Counted from the stretch's first letter, positions 19,780 through 29,667 are shown. The stretch is DNA of 64,000 bases from an uncultured Candidatus Saccharibacteria bacterium (GCA_964594755.1 CAZQMO010000001.1:68838-132837), one strand, 5' to 3'. Numbers and translations are program-made. The notes: generated by a model from the sequence alone, not told the origin.

Positions 19780-20811
19780 CTAGTTTAATAATTGTTTCAA
19801 TTTTTGATCTTGATTTACAAACTCAATTTCTTTATCTTTGAGCAACTGCCATAAGGCAGGTAGATGCTCTAGAGCAGTTTGCCGTCCGACTTCGTAATAA
19901 TCTCTCATATTATCTACATGTAAAAATCTAACAAACAACGCCCTTTTCCAAAATGGTACAGATAATTCTTTGGTAATCAGATAATCACAATCATAATTTA
20001 CTTTTAGTTTATGAGCTTGTTGTGCCTCGATTGCGATATCTAAAGATTTATTGACCACACTCCATAATCGAGGGTCTTCTAATTTTGGTTCATGGTACTG
20101 ACCAAGATAAAAATAGTTTTGCCAAAACTCTGAGTACTTGACCTTATCCAAAAACCGTTTTCGAAACTCTTCAGCTTGTTGAGGCCAAAGTAAACTTTTA
20201 ATCCGATTAATTGTTTTCCTAAGAAAAATTTGCCAGGGACTGAATACATGACGAGTAGATCGCAAATCGATACCAATAACCAGATCAGTTCCAGCCGCTC
20301 TAGCAACATTCCCTGGGACCACATTGATGATTCCACCATCTACCAGTAGTTTGTTCCCCCAAGCTTGGGGCTCAAATACAACTGGTAAGGCACAGGAAGC
20401 ACAAATGGCCTTAGCTAAATCTCCCACTTGTAACACTACTTCTGATTTACTATTTAAATCTGTTGTCACAAAACCCATGCGCGGCGCAATGTCCTCAAAA
20501 TTATAATTTTTAGTATAGAGTCTGACCAGTTCTTCGAACTTCCGAAGTTGGAATAAGCCTCCATTATTCTGATTACGTTCCAGAAAGCTTAACAGGACTT
20601 CCCGGTTCATCTTAAAAGTAAACTTTTTCAGTTGATCCATGGTGCCGCAACCAAAGCTGGCAGCCACGATAGTTGCTCCAGACATGGCTGCAATATAATC
20701 AATTGGAAAATCATTTTCTTTGAGCACCTCCAAAAAGCCAATATAAAATACTGAACGAGAAGATGCTCCTGATAGAGCTAGGCCGACTTTTGGTTGTTTA
20801 GTCTGAATCAT
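19780..20811 (-). CDS. Patatin-like phospholipase
   Basis: Oxyanion/Gly-rich motif GLALSGASSRSVFYIG, nucleophile motif AMSGAT (GxSxG-like) and catalytic DGG(I) motif. It sits between murC and murG with overlapping stops. Confidence 0.75.
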   Translation of the reverse strand: MIQTKQPKVGLALSGASSRSVFYIGFLEVLKENDFPIDYIAAMSGATIVAASFGCGTMDQLKKFTFKMNREVLLSFLERNQNNGGLFQLRKFEELVRLYTKNYNFEDIAPRMGFVTTDLNSKSEVVLQVGDLAKAICASCALPVVFEPQAWGNKLLVDGGIINVVPGNVARAAGTDLVIGIDLRSTRHVFSPWQIFLRKTINRIKSLLWPQQAEEFRKRFLDKVKYSEFWQNYFYLGQYHEPKLEDPRLWSVVNKSLDIAIEAQQAHKLKVNYDCDYLITKELSVPFWKRALFVRFLHVDNMRDYYEVGRQTALEHLPALWQLLKDKEIEFVNQDQKLKQLLN

Positions 20812-21928
20812 GCTTACTTAAAAATTTACTCTGCAAAGTATAGATTTTTTTTGCCGCGTTTTCTGGAAATATTTTGTGTAAGTTACCTGTGAATTCTCTA
20901 ATAAGTTCTGGATTAAACAGTAGCTCACGAATAGCTGTTAACAGTTTAGTAACGGTTAATTCAGATTGATCTATAACAATTGCGGCATTTTGAGCATAAA
21001 GCATGGCTGCATTGGATTCTTGGTGTGTCTGTGGCATTGGTACTACAATTGCTGGTTTTTTATGGTGGGCTAAATCGGTTAAGGTACCTAATCCAGCTCG
21101 TGATAAGACAATGTCACTAGCTTCGTATGCCGCAGCCATATTGTGAATAAATTGATAGCTCTGATAATTTTCTGCTGATTTTTGCTCAGTTGATCTGGTC
21201 CCAGTGCTGTGTAGAACCTGAACCACCTTAGTTAGCTGATTCAAGTTTTGAATAATAAAATCATTCAAAGCCGACGAACCAGTTCCCCCGCCGACCACTA
21301 ATAATACCGGAAGTTGTTGGTGAAGTCCAAACTCTTTTAAAGCAGCAGATTTACTCATTTTGTCTCTGTCTGTTACTTGGTAACTCGGGTTGCCTGTCCA
21401 AAAAACTTTATTGGAAGTCACAAACTTTTTTCCAAAACCAGAACCTTGTGGAAACTCGCGAAGAGAGTTTTCAAAAGTTACAGTAACTAAATTAGCTAAC
21501 GGTGTACAAAGAGCATTACTTAAAGTAAGTCTTACATCTTGTTGATGGATAAACCTGGGAATGCGTAATACCCAACTTGCTGCAATCACCGGAACTTGCA
21601 CAAATCCCCCGGCTCCTAAGACCGCAATAGGGCGATATTTATTTAACAACCAAAGGGATTGAACAAATCCTACCAAAATCAACAATGGTGATAACACAGT
21701 GCGCACTGACCAATAACGCCGCAGCTTCCCAGAGATGATTGTATGAAATAAATAATGTTCTTTTTGAGCTATTGTCCGAGCCACTGATTTGCGAGCATCA
21801 AGAATTACTGGTCTGACATTATGATGATGCTGCTGCCACTCTTTGGCCACTGCCAAAAGCGGTGTGATTGGTCCAGCGCTCAAACCTCCTACCAAAAACA
21901 GATATTTACTTGAATGTTTTTTGCCCAT
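20798..21928 (-). CDS. murG: UDP-GlcNAc:lipid I N-acetylglucosaminyltransferase MurG (GT28)
   Basis: GT28 fold; N-terminal Gly-rich LFLVGGLSAGPITPLLAVAKE and C-terminal LVVGGGTGSSALN. Lies in the mur cluster. Confidence 0.85.
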   Translation of the reverse strand: MGKKHSSKYLFLVGGLSAGPITPLLAVAKEWQQHHHNVRPVILDARKSVARTIAQKEHYLFHTIISGKLRRYWSVRTVLSPLLILVGFVQSLWLLNKYRPIAVLGAGGFVQVPVIAASWVLRIPRFIHQQDVRLTLSNALCTPLANLVTVTFENSLREFPQGSGFGKKFVTSNKVFWTGNPSYQVTDRDKMSKSAALKEFGLHQQLPVLLVVGGGTGSSALNDFIIQNLNQLTKVVQVLHSTGTRSTEQKSAENYQSYQFIHNMAAAYEASDIVLSRAGLGTLTDLAHHKKPAIVVPMPQTHQESNAAMLYAQNAAIVIDQSELTVTKLLTAIRELLFNPELIREFTGNLHKIFPENAAKKIYTLQSKFLSKHDSD

Positions 21929-21930
21929 AA

Positions 21931-23109
21931 TTATTCAGCTTCAGGCTCACGATCTTGTGCCTGGTAGCTCTCTGCTAAGATCTGATTATAGACTTTTACA
22001 GTCTGCTTGGCAGTAGTTTGCCAATCAAACTCAGCGCTACGCTCTAAACTTTTCTTTTGCATTAATTCGTAAAAGGGTTGGTCGTTAACTAAGAGATGCA
22101 TTTTCTCAGCAATGTCTTCGGGGTTATTCCCATCAAAAAAGATAGCGGCATCATCGTATACTTCATTAAAAACATCAGTATTGGCCGCTAAAACTGGCAG
22201 TCCATACTCCATAGCTTCTAGCCCGGGTAAACCAAATCCTTCAAATAGTGAAGCAGTAGCAAATGCAAACGCATTCTGATACAGACCGGCCTGTTCGCTA
22301 TCAGATACAAAACCCGTTAAAACAATATTATCACGGTGTCTAATATTTAGGATCTGCTCTCTGATCTCTGGATAATGTGAGTCATTCTTGCCAGCAATGA
22401 CTAAATCAAGGTCAAACTTATATTTTGAAATCAAAATGTCAAACCCTTTAGCTAAATTGACCAAATTCTTTTTGCGCTCTAAAGTTCCAACAAACAAGAT
22501 ATAAGGTCGAGACAATAAATATCTTTGTTTAAGTGTCTCAAAATCAGTAACCTCTCCTTGATAACGATTCGGGGCTTCGTATGTAACAACAATTTTTTGG
22601 CTGGGCACCGAAAGGACTGCTTCGATTTCTTTTTTGGCTGCATTAGTAACTGTTAAAACCCTCTGAGCTCTTTTGACCGCTTGATTGATAATTAATTTGT
22701 ACGCTATGAATTTGTAGTAGCGAGATTTTTTGTGACCACTCAAGGCATGATGAACTACATCATGAATAGTTACAACATAAGGGCCGCGGTATAATATTGG
22801 GACATTAAAATTCGGAAAGTGCATCAGATCAAGGTTTTGTTTCTGCAGTAATCTAGGAAACCACCATTGCTCAGCAAACGAGTAATGCCTGAAGTTCGCT
22901 GGTACTAATTCCACACCTAAATTTGTTAAAATTTGAATATCCAGCGGAGAATTATTCTGTTCATGATAAAACACAACCAACTGATATTGATCAGATAACC
23001 CAGCTTTCTTAAGCACTTCGATAATTCCGTTGAGCAACTCAAAACTATACCGGCCAATACCTGCATTCAGGCTTCCCCCCATACGGAAATCAAATCCAAT
23101 TCTTATCAA
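21931..23109 (-). CDS. Glycosyltransferase family 4
   Basis: C-terminal GT4 signature EGFGLPGLEAMEYGLPVL. Confidence 0.85.
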   Translation of the reverse strand: MIRIGFDFRMGGSLNAGIGRYSFELLNGIIEVLKKAGLSDQYQLVVFYHEQNNSPLDIQILTNLGVELVPANFRHYSFAEQWWFPRLLQKQNLDLMHFPNFNVPILYRGPYVVTIHDVVHHALSGHKKSRYYKFIAYKLIINQAVKRAQRVLTVTNAAKKEIEAVLSVPSQKIVVTYEAPNRYQGEVTDFETLKQRYLLSRPYILFVGTLERKKNLVNLAKGFDILISKYKFDLDLVIAGKNDSHYPEIREQILNIRHRDNIVLTGFVSDSEQAGLYQNAFAFATASLFEGFGLPGLEAMEYGLPVLAANTDVFNEVYDDAAIFFDGNNPEDIAEKMHLLVNDQPFYELMQKKSLERSAEFDWQTTAKQTVKVYNQILAESYQAQDREPEAE

Positions 23110-24221
23110 CTGATTACTTGTTTAATAATTTCAGCAGTCTTAGACCATTTAAATCTTTGGGATCGATCCAGGCCACGCTTTATATACTGTTCACGAAGAG
23201 TTTCTTCGTTTAACAGTACTTCTATACCTCTAGTTATTTCCGACACGTTGTATGGATTTACAAGTAGCGCCCCATCGCCCAATACCTCTGGTAAGGAAGT
23301 AACGCTTGCTGCTAAAACTGGTGTACCCACCGCACAAGCTTCTAACGGTGGTAATCCAAAACCTTCATACAGACTCGGCCAGACAAATGCCCGAGCAAGT
23401 TTAATCATCGCTGGTTTGTCTTCCTCCGGCACATAACCTAAATAATGAATTTTTCTGGCTTTAGAACTTTTACTAATCCTATCCAATAGTGCAACGCCAT
23501 TCCAACCAAATTTACCAACCAAAATTAAATCAGCGGAAACTTGAGCTTTTTCAAAAGCTTCTATTAATCTAAACAAGTTTTTTCTAGGCTCGATCGTCCC
23601 GATATATAATAAGAACTCACCAGGTAAATTGTAACGGTTCCTGACTGAACGTTGCTCGGCCACTGTAATCCCGGGGTGGAACCTGCCGTGATCAACCCCA
23701 AGCTGAGCAACCGTAATTTTGTCATTAGCAATGCCTAATTCAGTATGTAAAGCTTGCTTCGTGTAAGCAGACACGGCAATTAATTTATCTGCCCGTTTCA
23801 CTAACTTAGGGATATTAATAAACCTATGCCATAACCGTGATTTCCAGGAATACATTTCTGGCATTAAAATTGGCGAAAGATCATGCACTACTAAAATGAG
23901 CTTTGTAGTACTTCGTAAAGCCACCATATTTGGATTAGGCATAAATAGTGCGCCCTGCTCACCTGTTAAACTTTCGATAGTTGGCCAATTAAACAGTTTA
24001 AAGGATAAATTTAGAAGCCGATTCGGCCAGCGAGTCTGTTTGTAAGTTGCGTTAATAAAATGAAATTGGTCAAATTCCTTGGGTTGAAAAGCATTGTAAT
24101 ACAAAGTATAGCGATTGGTTTTATCGCTAGTTAGTAAAGGCTCTAGCACTTCCGTAGTAAAATACTCTACTCCGGTAATTTGCTTCGAATGTAAACTTCT
24201 AAGGTCAACTGTGATGTGCAT
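23106..24221 (-). CDS. Glycosyltransferase family 4
   Basis: EGFGLPPLEACAVGTPVL GT4 signature. 4-nt overlap with the upstream gene. Confidence 0.85.
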   Translation of the reverse strand: MHITVDLRSLHSKQITGVEYFTTEVLEPLLTSDKTNRYTLYYNAFQPKEFDQFHFINATYKQTRWPNRLLNLSFKLFNWPTIESLTGEQGALFMPNPNMVALRSTTKLILVVHDLSPILMPEMYSWKSRLWHRFINIPKLVKRADKLIAVSAYTKQALHTELGIANDKITVAQLGVDHGRFHPGITVAEQRSVRNRYNLPGEFLLYIGTIEPRKNLFRLIEAFEKAQVSADLILVGKFGWNGVALLDRISKSSKARKIHYLGYVPEEDKPAMIKLARAFVWPSLYEGFGLPPLEACAVGTPVLAASVTSLPEVLGDGALLVNPYNVSEITRGIEVLLNEETLREQYIKRGLDRSQRFKWSKTAEIIKQVIS

Positions 24222-25305
24222 AATATGTTTGCTCTACGAATTGCTGAATTTGCTGTGCGAATACTGTCTGGCTAAATTTATCTGCATGTGCTTTCATAAT
24301 TTCTGCCTGATAAGGATGTTGCTCCACTTTTTGTAACGCCTCTTTGAGAGAAGGTTTATCAAAAACTTCTAACAACTCTCCAGTTTGCCCCGGGATGATA
24401 GTTTCTAAACTCCCGGCCTTTGCTAATCCTAAAGTTGGTGTACCACAACTCGCCGCTTCCAGCGGCATCAATCCAAAGTCTTCAATCTGCGGATAAATAA
24501 ATGCTACCGCACCGCTATACTGATCACGCAACGCTTCATCAGAAACTCTGCCATAAAAATGGATGTTCGGTTTTGAAATTGATTTTAAATAGTTCAAATA
24601 TCGGCCTTCACCGATTACGTGCAGTGGTAAGTTTAACTCATTGAAAATCTCGATAATGGTTTCGTAGTTTTTGTAAGGAGTAATGCGTCCGGCCATGAGA
24701 TAATAACCTTCCTTGGCTGTGGTTGGATGCCAGAATTCGGTATCAATGGACGGATAGATTAATATGGAATCGCGATTGTAATAAGTACGAATACGATTTT
24801 GTACCTCTTTTGAGTTAGCAATAAAATAATCTACCTGTTTAGCCGCGTTCAGATCCCACTTGCGCAGCCACCAAAAATACAGTCGCATCAATGGTCGTAA
24901 GATTGGAGTAACTTCACCTTCGGCATAAACCACATCATTCCATAGAAAACGTGTTGGGGTGTGACAATAGTTGATATGAATACTACCAACTGGCTTTCGC
25001 AAACCTTTAATGTAAGCAGAGCTAGAACTTAATAACACATCAGCTGGTTCGACTGTAAAAAACTTCAATACCACTGGCACCCACACAAACCAAAACTGTA
25101 AATGAGGAAAATAAGTATACAGCGTTTGCAACCAACTTTTTTTAATCGTCACTTCACCCAAATGACTAGCAACTTTAGGGTTACTGGCTAAGGTATAGAT
25201 TGGGCTATCTGGGTAAATTTCATGAATGGCTTTGATTACTCGTTCACCCCCGCCAAATTGAGTGAATGAATCATGGGCTAAGACAACTTTAGGTTTTGAA
25301 TTCAC
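24205..25305 (-). CDS. Glycosyltransferase family 4
   Basis: EDFGLMPLEAASCGTPTL GT4 signature. Overlaps the previous GT. Confidence 0.85.
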   Translation of the reverse strand: MNSKPKVVLAHDSFTQFGGGERVIKAIHEIYPDSPIYTLASNPKVASHLGEVTIKKSWLQTLYTYFPHLQFWFVWVPVVLKFFTVEPADVLLSSSSAYIKGLRKPVGSIHINYCHTPTRFLWNDVVYAEGEVTPILRPLMRLYFWWLRKWDLNAAKQVDYFIANSKEVQNRIRTYYNRDSILIYPSIDTEFWHPTTAKEGYYLMAGRITPYKNYETIIEIFNELNLPLHVIGEGRYLNYLKSISKPNIHFYGRVSDEALRDQYSGAVAFIYPQIEDFGLMPLEAASCGTPTLGLAKAGSLETIIPGQTGELLEVFDKPSLKEALQKVEQHPYQAEIMKAHADKFSQTVFAQQIQQFVEQTYYAHHS

Positions 25306-25394
25306 AAACTGGTTCCTTCCTGTTTTCTTTAGAATTTAGCTTAATTATACACTAAAAATCCCTTCATTCCGAGTAAATCGAATAATCTTTAGGA

Positions 25395-25423
25395 TTGACA
25401 AATCACCCATTCTGTGGCATTAT
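25395..25423 (+). promoter_or_regulatory. Promoter of RNase P RNA gene (TTGACA -17- CATTAT)
   Basis: ttgaca at 25395-25400, a 17-nt spacer, then cattat. The predicted TSS coincides with the 5' end of the RNase P RNA P1 helix. Confidence 0.55.
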
Positions 25424-25427
25424 TTGG

Positions 25428-25760
25428 AAGCTTTAAGCAGGCCGAGCAATCGCCCGCCGCCATGAGCGGCTGGAGGAAAGTCCGGACACTCGAGTTGAAA
25501 GTATCATATGAGCTTTTAACCCTAGTAGCGGGTAACACCCGTCGGGAGTAATCCTAGAGATGCGAACAGTGACGCCTAAGCAGAGATGCAAGGGAATCCT
25601 TCGGGATTAACTTTTGCGGAAACGCAAAAGATGAAACGGCTAAATTCTTACTTGAGTGCAATGCCAAATTTGGTAGGCAGCACGAGCGCCTTGGTAACAA
25701 GTCGCCTAGATAGATGATTGTTTAGAACCAGAATCCGGCTTACGAACCTGCTTGAAGCAA
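25428..25760 (+). ncRNA. rnpB: RNase P RNA, bacterial type A
   Basis: Contains the universal GGAAAGTCCGGAC (P4 5' strand) and AGAATCCGGCTTA (P4 3' strand) motifs. P1 pairs 5' gaagctttaagcagg with 3' cctgcttgaagc. Length is about 333 nt and the region is GC-rich relative to its flanks. Confidence 0.88.
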
Positions 25761-25761
25761 A

Positions 25762-25828
25762 ACAAAAACACACAACCCTGTGTCATTCCCGTAAAGGCGG
25801 GAATCTAGACTTTGTGTGTTTTTGTTTT
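25762..25828 (+). terminator. Terminator hairpin after rnpB
   Basis: caaaaacacacaa ... ttgtgtgtttttg long stem followed by a T-run, enclosing an inner hairpin cattcccg-taaagg-cgggaatc. Confidence 0.6.
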
Positions 25829-25860
25829 CAGAGAAAATTTGAATATGGAGGAAACAAATT

Positions 25861-26127
25861 ATGAATAAAGCCAAAAAGCAATTATTAGCTTATATTGATG
25901 AGGCTATGGGTAGCAAACTTTTCACCGATACCGCACATTATATTTTAATGGACGTTATTGATGGTTGTAACGAGTCGGCTGAACTGAATGATAGACAAAT
26001 CCAATTCGTAACGGAACACACCAATGCGATTGCAAACTCAATAATGTCCCTCAAAGCAAATGAAAAAGCTTACAGGGCAAAAATGGCAAGCATAGCACTC
26101 GCCTCTTATGTCAACTCTTGTGGTTAG
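25861..26127 (+). CDS. Hypothetical protein (88 aa)
   Basis: Strong RBS (GGAGGA, 8 nt before the ATG). No recognisable domain. Confidence 0.5.
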   Translation: MNKAKKQLLAYIDEAMGSKLFTDTAHYILMDVIDGCNESAELNDRQIQFVTEHTNAIANSIMSLKANEKAYRAKMASIALASYVNSCG

Positions 26128-26155
26128 GAAAGTTACTCAGGGAGGATGATAGTGA

Positions 26156-26848
26156 TTACTTCCCCATTCTACGCTCACGGCGCTCGTACTCAGCGAGTGC
26201 TTTTTTTATTTCCATATTTTTGAAATCCGGCCAAAGTTTATCAGTAAAATAGAATTGACTATGGGCTGTGTGCCACATCATAAACCCAGCGCTCCAGTGC
26301 GGTTCACCCCCAGTTCGTATTACTAAATCAACTTCTGGTAAACTCTTGGTCCAAAGCGATGAATGCAAGACTTCTTTTGTTACTTTTTTCCCTGACACAA
26401 CCAACCGGTTAATAGTATCAATCATTTCTCTTTGACCATCATAAACAAACAAAATAGTAAGTACTTTTTGGGTATACTTAGCTGTCTTGCTTTCAATTTC
26501 TTCAACTGCTTTTATGAGCTTCAAATCTCTAATAACTTCTTTCCACTCTCCCACAAGCTGAAAACGTGTATTGTTCTTTATGCAGCGTTCTAAGAATTCA
26601 GGTTTAACAACTTCATTCCGTAAAATATCAATTAAAAACTTTACCTCTAGTTTGGACCGTTTTACAAAATTGTCATATGAGGCAGCCCAAAAAGTGATGT
26701 AATTTACACCAATTTCATTTGCGAAATCAGCAACATCCCAAAAACGCTTGGTTCCTTCAAGGTGACCATGCAAAGGATTGATTTGATTTTGTGTTGCCCA
26801 GCGCCGGTTTCCATCCGGAATAATTGCCAAATGATTTGGTACAGCCAT
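26156..26848 (-). CDS. uppS: Undecaprenyl pyrophosphate synthase (cis-prenyltransferase)
   Basis: N-terminal HLAIIPDGNRRWA and a C-terminal RxG-type motif, diagnostic of UppS. Confidence 0.92.
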   Translation of the reverse strand: MAVPNHLAIIPDGNRRWATQNQINPLHGHLEGTKRFWDVADFANEIGVNYITFWAASYDNFVKRSKLEVKFLIDILRNEVVKPEFLERCIKNNTRFQLVGEWKEVIRDLKLIKAVEEIESKTAKYTQKVLTILFVYDGQREMIDTINRLVVSGKKVTKEVLHSSLWTKSLPEVDLVIRTGGEPHWSAGFMMWHTAHSQFYFTDKLWPDFKNMEIKKALAEYERRERRMGK

Positions 26849-27339
26849 TATCCTGTGAACTCCTCATCACCTGATGGTCCATAAATACTTGGGACTTTGC
26901 CACCTGCCGGACGGATATACGCAGACAATTGACCACGATGATGAATAAGATCAATCATCATATTAAATACTGCATCACCTGCTATAGTATCGCGATGAAA
27001 AAACTTTACCGGTGCTTTTAATTGCTCGTCAGTGGTAGCTTTCAAAGTAGCTAGAAATTGCTCATTGACTTTTTTACTTAGTTCAACTGCCTCGGCAACG
27101 GTTTGAGGATCAATCCCTTCATAAAAATGACCGACAGTATCCACTAATACTGATTCGCCCCGTAGAAAAGCTTCAGTCATGGGAATCTCCCCAATGATTG
27201 AGCGGATCAATTCTTTAGCGCTTTTAGAACGTTCATGAGGACGATAGTTAAAACCTTCCTCAGGAATAGCAGCGATTACCTTAGTAAACACTGGTAATTC
27301 CCACTCCAAATGAGTTTCAAATTCTTGTTTTGTTAACAT
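26848..27339 (-). CDS. DinB/YfiT-like metal-dependent four-helix-bundle protein (DinB_2 family)
   Basis: 163 aa with the conserved His triad pattern (H...H...HHRGQ) of DinB_2 / bacillithiol-transferase-like proteins. Confidence 0.6.
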   Translation of the reverse strand: MLTKQEFETHLEWELPVFTKVIAAIPEEGFNYRPHERSKSAKELIRSIIGEIPMTEAFLRGESVLVDTVGHFYEGIDPQTVAEAVELSKKVNEQFLATLKATTDEQLKAPVKFFHRDTIAGDAVFNMMIDLIHHRGQLSAYIRPAGGKVPSIYGPSGDEEFTG

Positions 27340-27349
27340 AAATATTAAT

Positions 27350-27874
27350 TTACCAGAAAATCATATAGGCTGCCATAGCCCCCATCAGCAAATCTTCGGT
27401 TAGACTTACTTTTGTTAAAGGAAGTTTGATATAAGTGCCCAGACAAGCACATTTGATTTTACTACCGCGCAACAATTCCTTTCCTACCCCAATTGAACCA
27501 ATAATCATCAAAGGTAAAGTGATATAGTCTGCCCAACTTTGACCTATCAGATAGGCTAATCCTAACCCAAATTCAATAAAGGGATAAACCTTGGCGTACA
27601 ACACTGAACGTTTAGCAATCATATCATAACCAATGTAAGACATGACAAACCCTGGTAAGTCTAAGAATTTAAATCCTGCGAACACTACAAAGAATGTTCC
27701 CATGAAGAAACGCACCCAATCACGGAAGGTTTCACCAAATGAGTTGTGCAGAAACAGAGAGATAATTACTATTCCAGCTATTACTCCAGCAAATTTTAAA
27801 TACTCTATCGGAGCACCTTCACCTTCATGATGACTATGATCCATCATGTCATGATTCTGATGTTCGTGATTCAT
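27350..27874 (-). CDS. DoxX/MauE-like four-TM membrane protein with a His-rich N-terminus
   Basis: N-terminal MNHEHQNHDMMDHSHHEGEG, then four hydrophobic helices and a CAC motif in the last helix. Confidence 0.5.
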   Translation of the reverse strand: MNHEHQNHDMMDHSHHEGEGAPIEYLKFAGVIAGIVIISLFLHNSFGETFRDWVRFFMGTFFVVFAGFKFLDLPGFVMSYIGYDMIAKRSVLYAKVYPFIEFGLGLAYLIGQSWADYITLPLMIIGSIGVGKELLRGSKIKCACLGTYIKLPLTKVSLTEDLLMGAMAAYMIFW

Positions 27875-28407
27875 TATTGCCTTTCTGCAACAGTTGTATC
27901 AGCAAATTGTTCGATGATTTTCCAATTTGACTGCTGATTTAATTCGTTAAAAAACTGTTCGCTAGTTTTGCTGCTTAAATGATTATTACCTAATATAAGT
28001 ATACCCGACCGTGTCAAGAGCCTTTTGTAATGAGGTAAAAACTCGTAATGAATTTGGTAGCCATCAAAAAAAATTAAATCGTATTTGGTAGTTAGTGTTG
28101 GTAAAAACTCTTCCGCAATCACATTGTGAACAATAATCTTCTTAGCAAGATTGTTTGCTTTAATAAAATCTGTAGCTAGATTGGCGTGTTCACTATCTTT
28201 TTCAATAGTATCAATCATGGCAGCTGGTGAAGCAGTAGCCATGACCACTGAAGTAAAACCAATCCCAGTCCCGATTTCTAAAATGCGCTTTGGTTGAGAT
28301 TCCTTTACTAAATCAAATAAACGATTGTAGTCTTCGTATGGGTAAGCACTACAATCGTGTTCATTTCTATGAGTAACCGCTTCACTAAATAAATGGTTCA
28401 AATCCAT
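27874..28407 (-). CDS. SAM-dependent O-methyltransferase (class I, family 3-like)
   Basis: SAM motif I ILEIGTGIGFTS and an acidic motif II DLIFFDG. Confidence 0.7.
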   Translation of the reverse strand: MDLNHLFSEAVTHRNEHDCSAYPYEDYNRLFDLVKESQPKRILEIGTGIGFTSVVMATASPAAMIDTIEKDSEHANLATDFIKANNLAKKIIVHNVIAEEFLPTLTTKYDLIFFDGYQIHYEFLPHYKRLLTRSGILILGNNHLSSKTSEQFFNELNQQSNWKIIEQFADTTVAERQ

Positions 28408-28421
28408 AAAGCAAATGAGGA

Positions 28422-28808
28422 CTATTTGGTCACACTAACTGGTTTAGACGAGCGCGATGGTCTACGGTTAGATTGTCTGCGCAGTACAAAATTGCCATCC
28501 TTGGTTAACTCTAAGATTTTTTGTAAACGCTTAATCCTATCTTTCATGTAAGTCATCACAGGGTTAGCTTTGGCGCCAACTTGTAGTTCTTGTAGTTCCT
28601 GATTGAATTCTTCGATTTCATTTTCATAAGGATCAAAAGCATTCTTCCCACTCACCACAGATAGCACTGAAGAAACTATTTGATCTTCTAGAGAATTTAA
28701 CTTCTGATTGATGGCAGAAAATTCGGACGAAATAAAATAATCTGGCTTAGTTTCCAGGTGATATTCCCTTAATTCAGCTAAAACTGTCTCTTTATAACGT
28801 CCACTCAT
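28422..28808 (-). CDS. Hypothetical coiled-coil protein (128 aa); first gene of the uppS operon
   Basis: ORF with no motif, Arg/Ser-rich C-terminus. Confidence 0.45.
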   Translation of the reverse strand: MSGRYKETVLAELREYHLETKPDYFISSEFSAINQKLNSLEDQIVSSVLSVVSGKNAFDPYENEIEEFNQELQELQVGAKANPVMTYMKDRIKRLQKILELTKDGNFVLRRQSNRRPSRSSKPVSVTK

Positions 28809-29010
28809 GGATTAAGTATACCTGAATTTTTGATTCTGTGTGTTAAAATTTCTGAGGTATTTATTCTCTATACTTTTTATTAAATACGGCCGATTGACTT
28901 ATTCAGTTATAGGTGCAATACTTAAGTATTGACCCAACATCCAACAAGGTCACTTACTGCTTAATGTCTGCTTGCCGCTTGGATTAAGGTGATCAGCGGA
29001 AGGAAATATT

Positions 29011-29112
29011 ATGTCGGATCACAATACCCCACAGGCGCCCAATACTGATAGCGCCCCAAAGACTGATGAAACAGTTAAGACTCCCGAGTCAAAGCCCGAG
29101 GAAGCCAAATAA
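29011..29112 (+). CDS. Small acidic protein (33 aa, MSDHNTPQAPNTDSAPKTDETVKTPESKPEEAK)
   Basis: RBS GGAAGGAAAT precedes the ATG and a perfect intrinsic terminator follows it immediately. Not in the ORF track because it is under 60 aa. Confidence 0.4.
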   Translation: MSDHNTPQAPNTDSAPKTDETVKTPESKPEEAK

Positions 29113-29118
29113 AGTTTT

Positions 29119-29144
29119 AAACCCCGCTATTGCGGGGTTTTTAC
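29119..29144. terminator. Bidirectional rho-independent terminator (aaaccccgc-tatt-gcggggttttt)
   Basis: Perfect 8-bp GC stem with T-runs on both strands. It lies between the convergent small ORF and ORF 29148..29654. Confidence 0.8.
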
Positions 29145-29147
29145 TTG

Positions 29148-29654
29148 CTAAAGTTTTCTACTATCGTAAGCCCAATGTAAAATCGCTTGGCGTTGTCGTG
29201 GTCTGCATTGGTAATCGCGAGGATGACAAGATTTTTTTAATTGTGCAATGTGACGACGAATCGCTTTCCAGCGTTTAATTTGTCGTTGATCTTCTTGTGG
29301 CATACGGCGCCCCATGTAATAACGGCAGTACCACTGAAACCAACCTCGTGGGTCTTCCGGATGAATCCAACCTTTCTTTTTCCATACTAACAATGGCTGG
29401 CTAGCGTTAACTTTAAAGTAGTTCAGAGTGGCATCATGAAATTCTGGGTTGAGTTTGGCTTTTGCAAACCAATCTTTTGGAAATTCTTTTTTACAATCTG
29501 TCATATACTTACCACCAAACACGCCTAGCGCCAGCATTTGTTTTGGCGTAAGCTCAGGTTTGAATTCCGGATCAAACTTTTTACCAACTGGTGCGACTAG
29601 TTCATAGCTATAACCAGTTTGCATTTTATCGTTCACATGAATGACTCTTTTCAT
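29148..29654 (-). CDS. Conserved hypothetical protein (168 aa) with GWIHPEDPRGWFQWYCRYYMGRR motif
   Basis: ORF directly downstream of tRNA-Trp, in the slot usually occupied by secE/nusG. Basic C-terminus; family not recognised. Confidence 0.5.
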   Translation of the reverse strand: MKRVIHVNDKMQTGYSYELVAPVGKKFDPEFKPELTPKQMLALGVFGGKYMTDCKKEFPKDWFAKAKLNPEFHDATLNYFKVNASQPLLVWKKKGWIHPEDPRGWFQWYCRYYMGRRMPQEDQRQIKRWKAIRRHIAQLKKSCHPRDYQCRPRQRQAILHWAYDSRKL

Positions 29655-29667
29655 AATATTATCTTAA

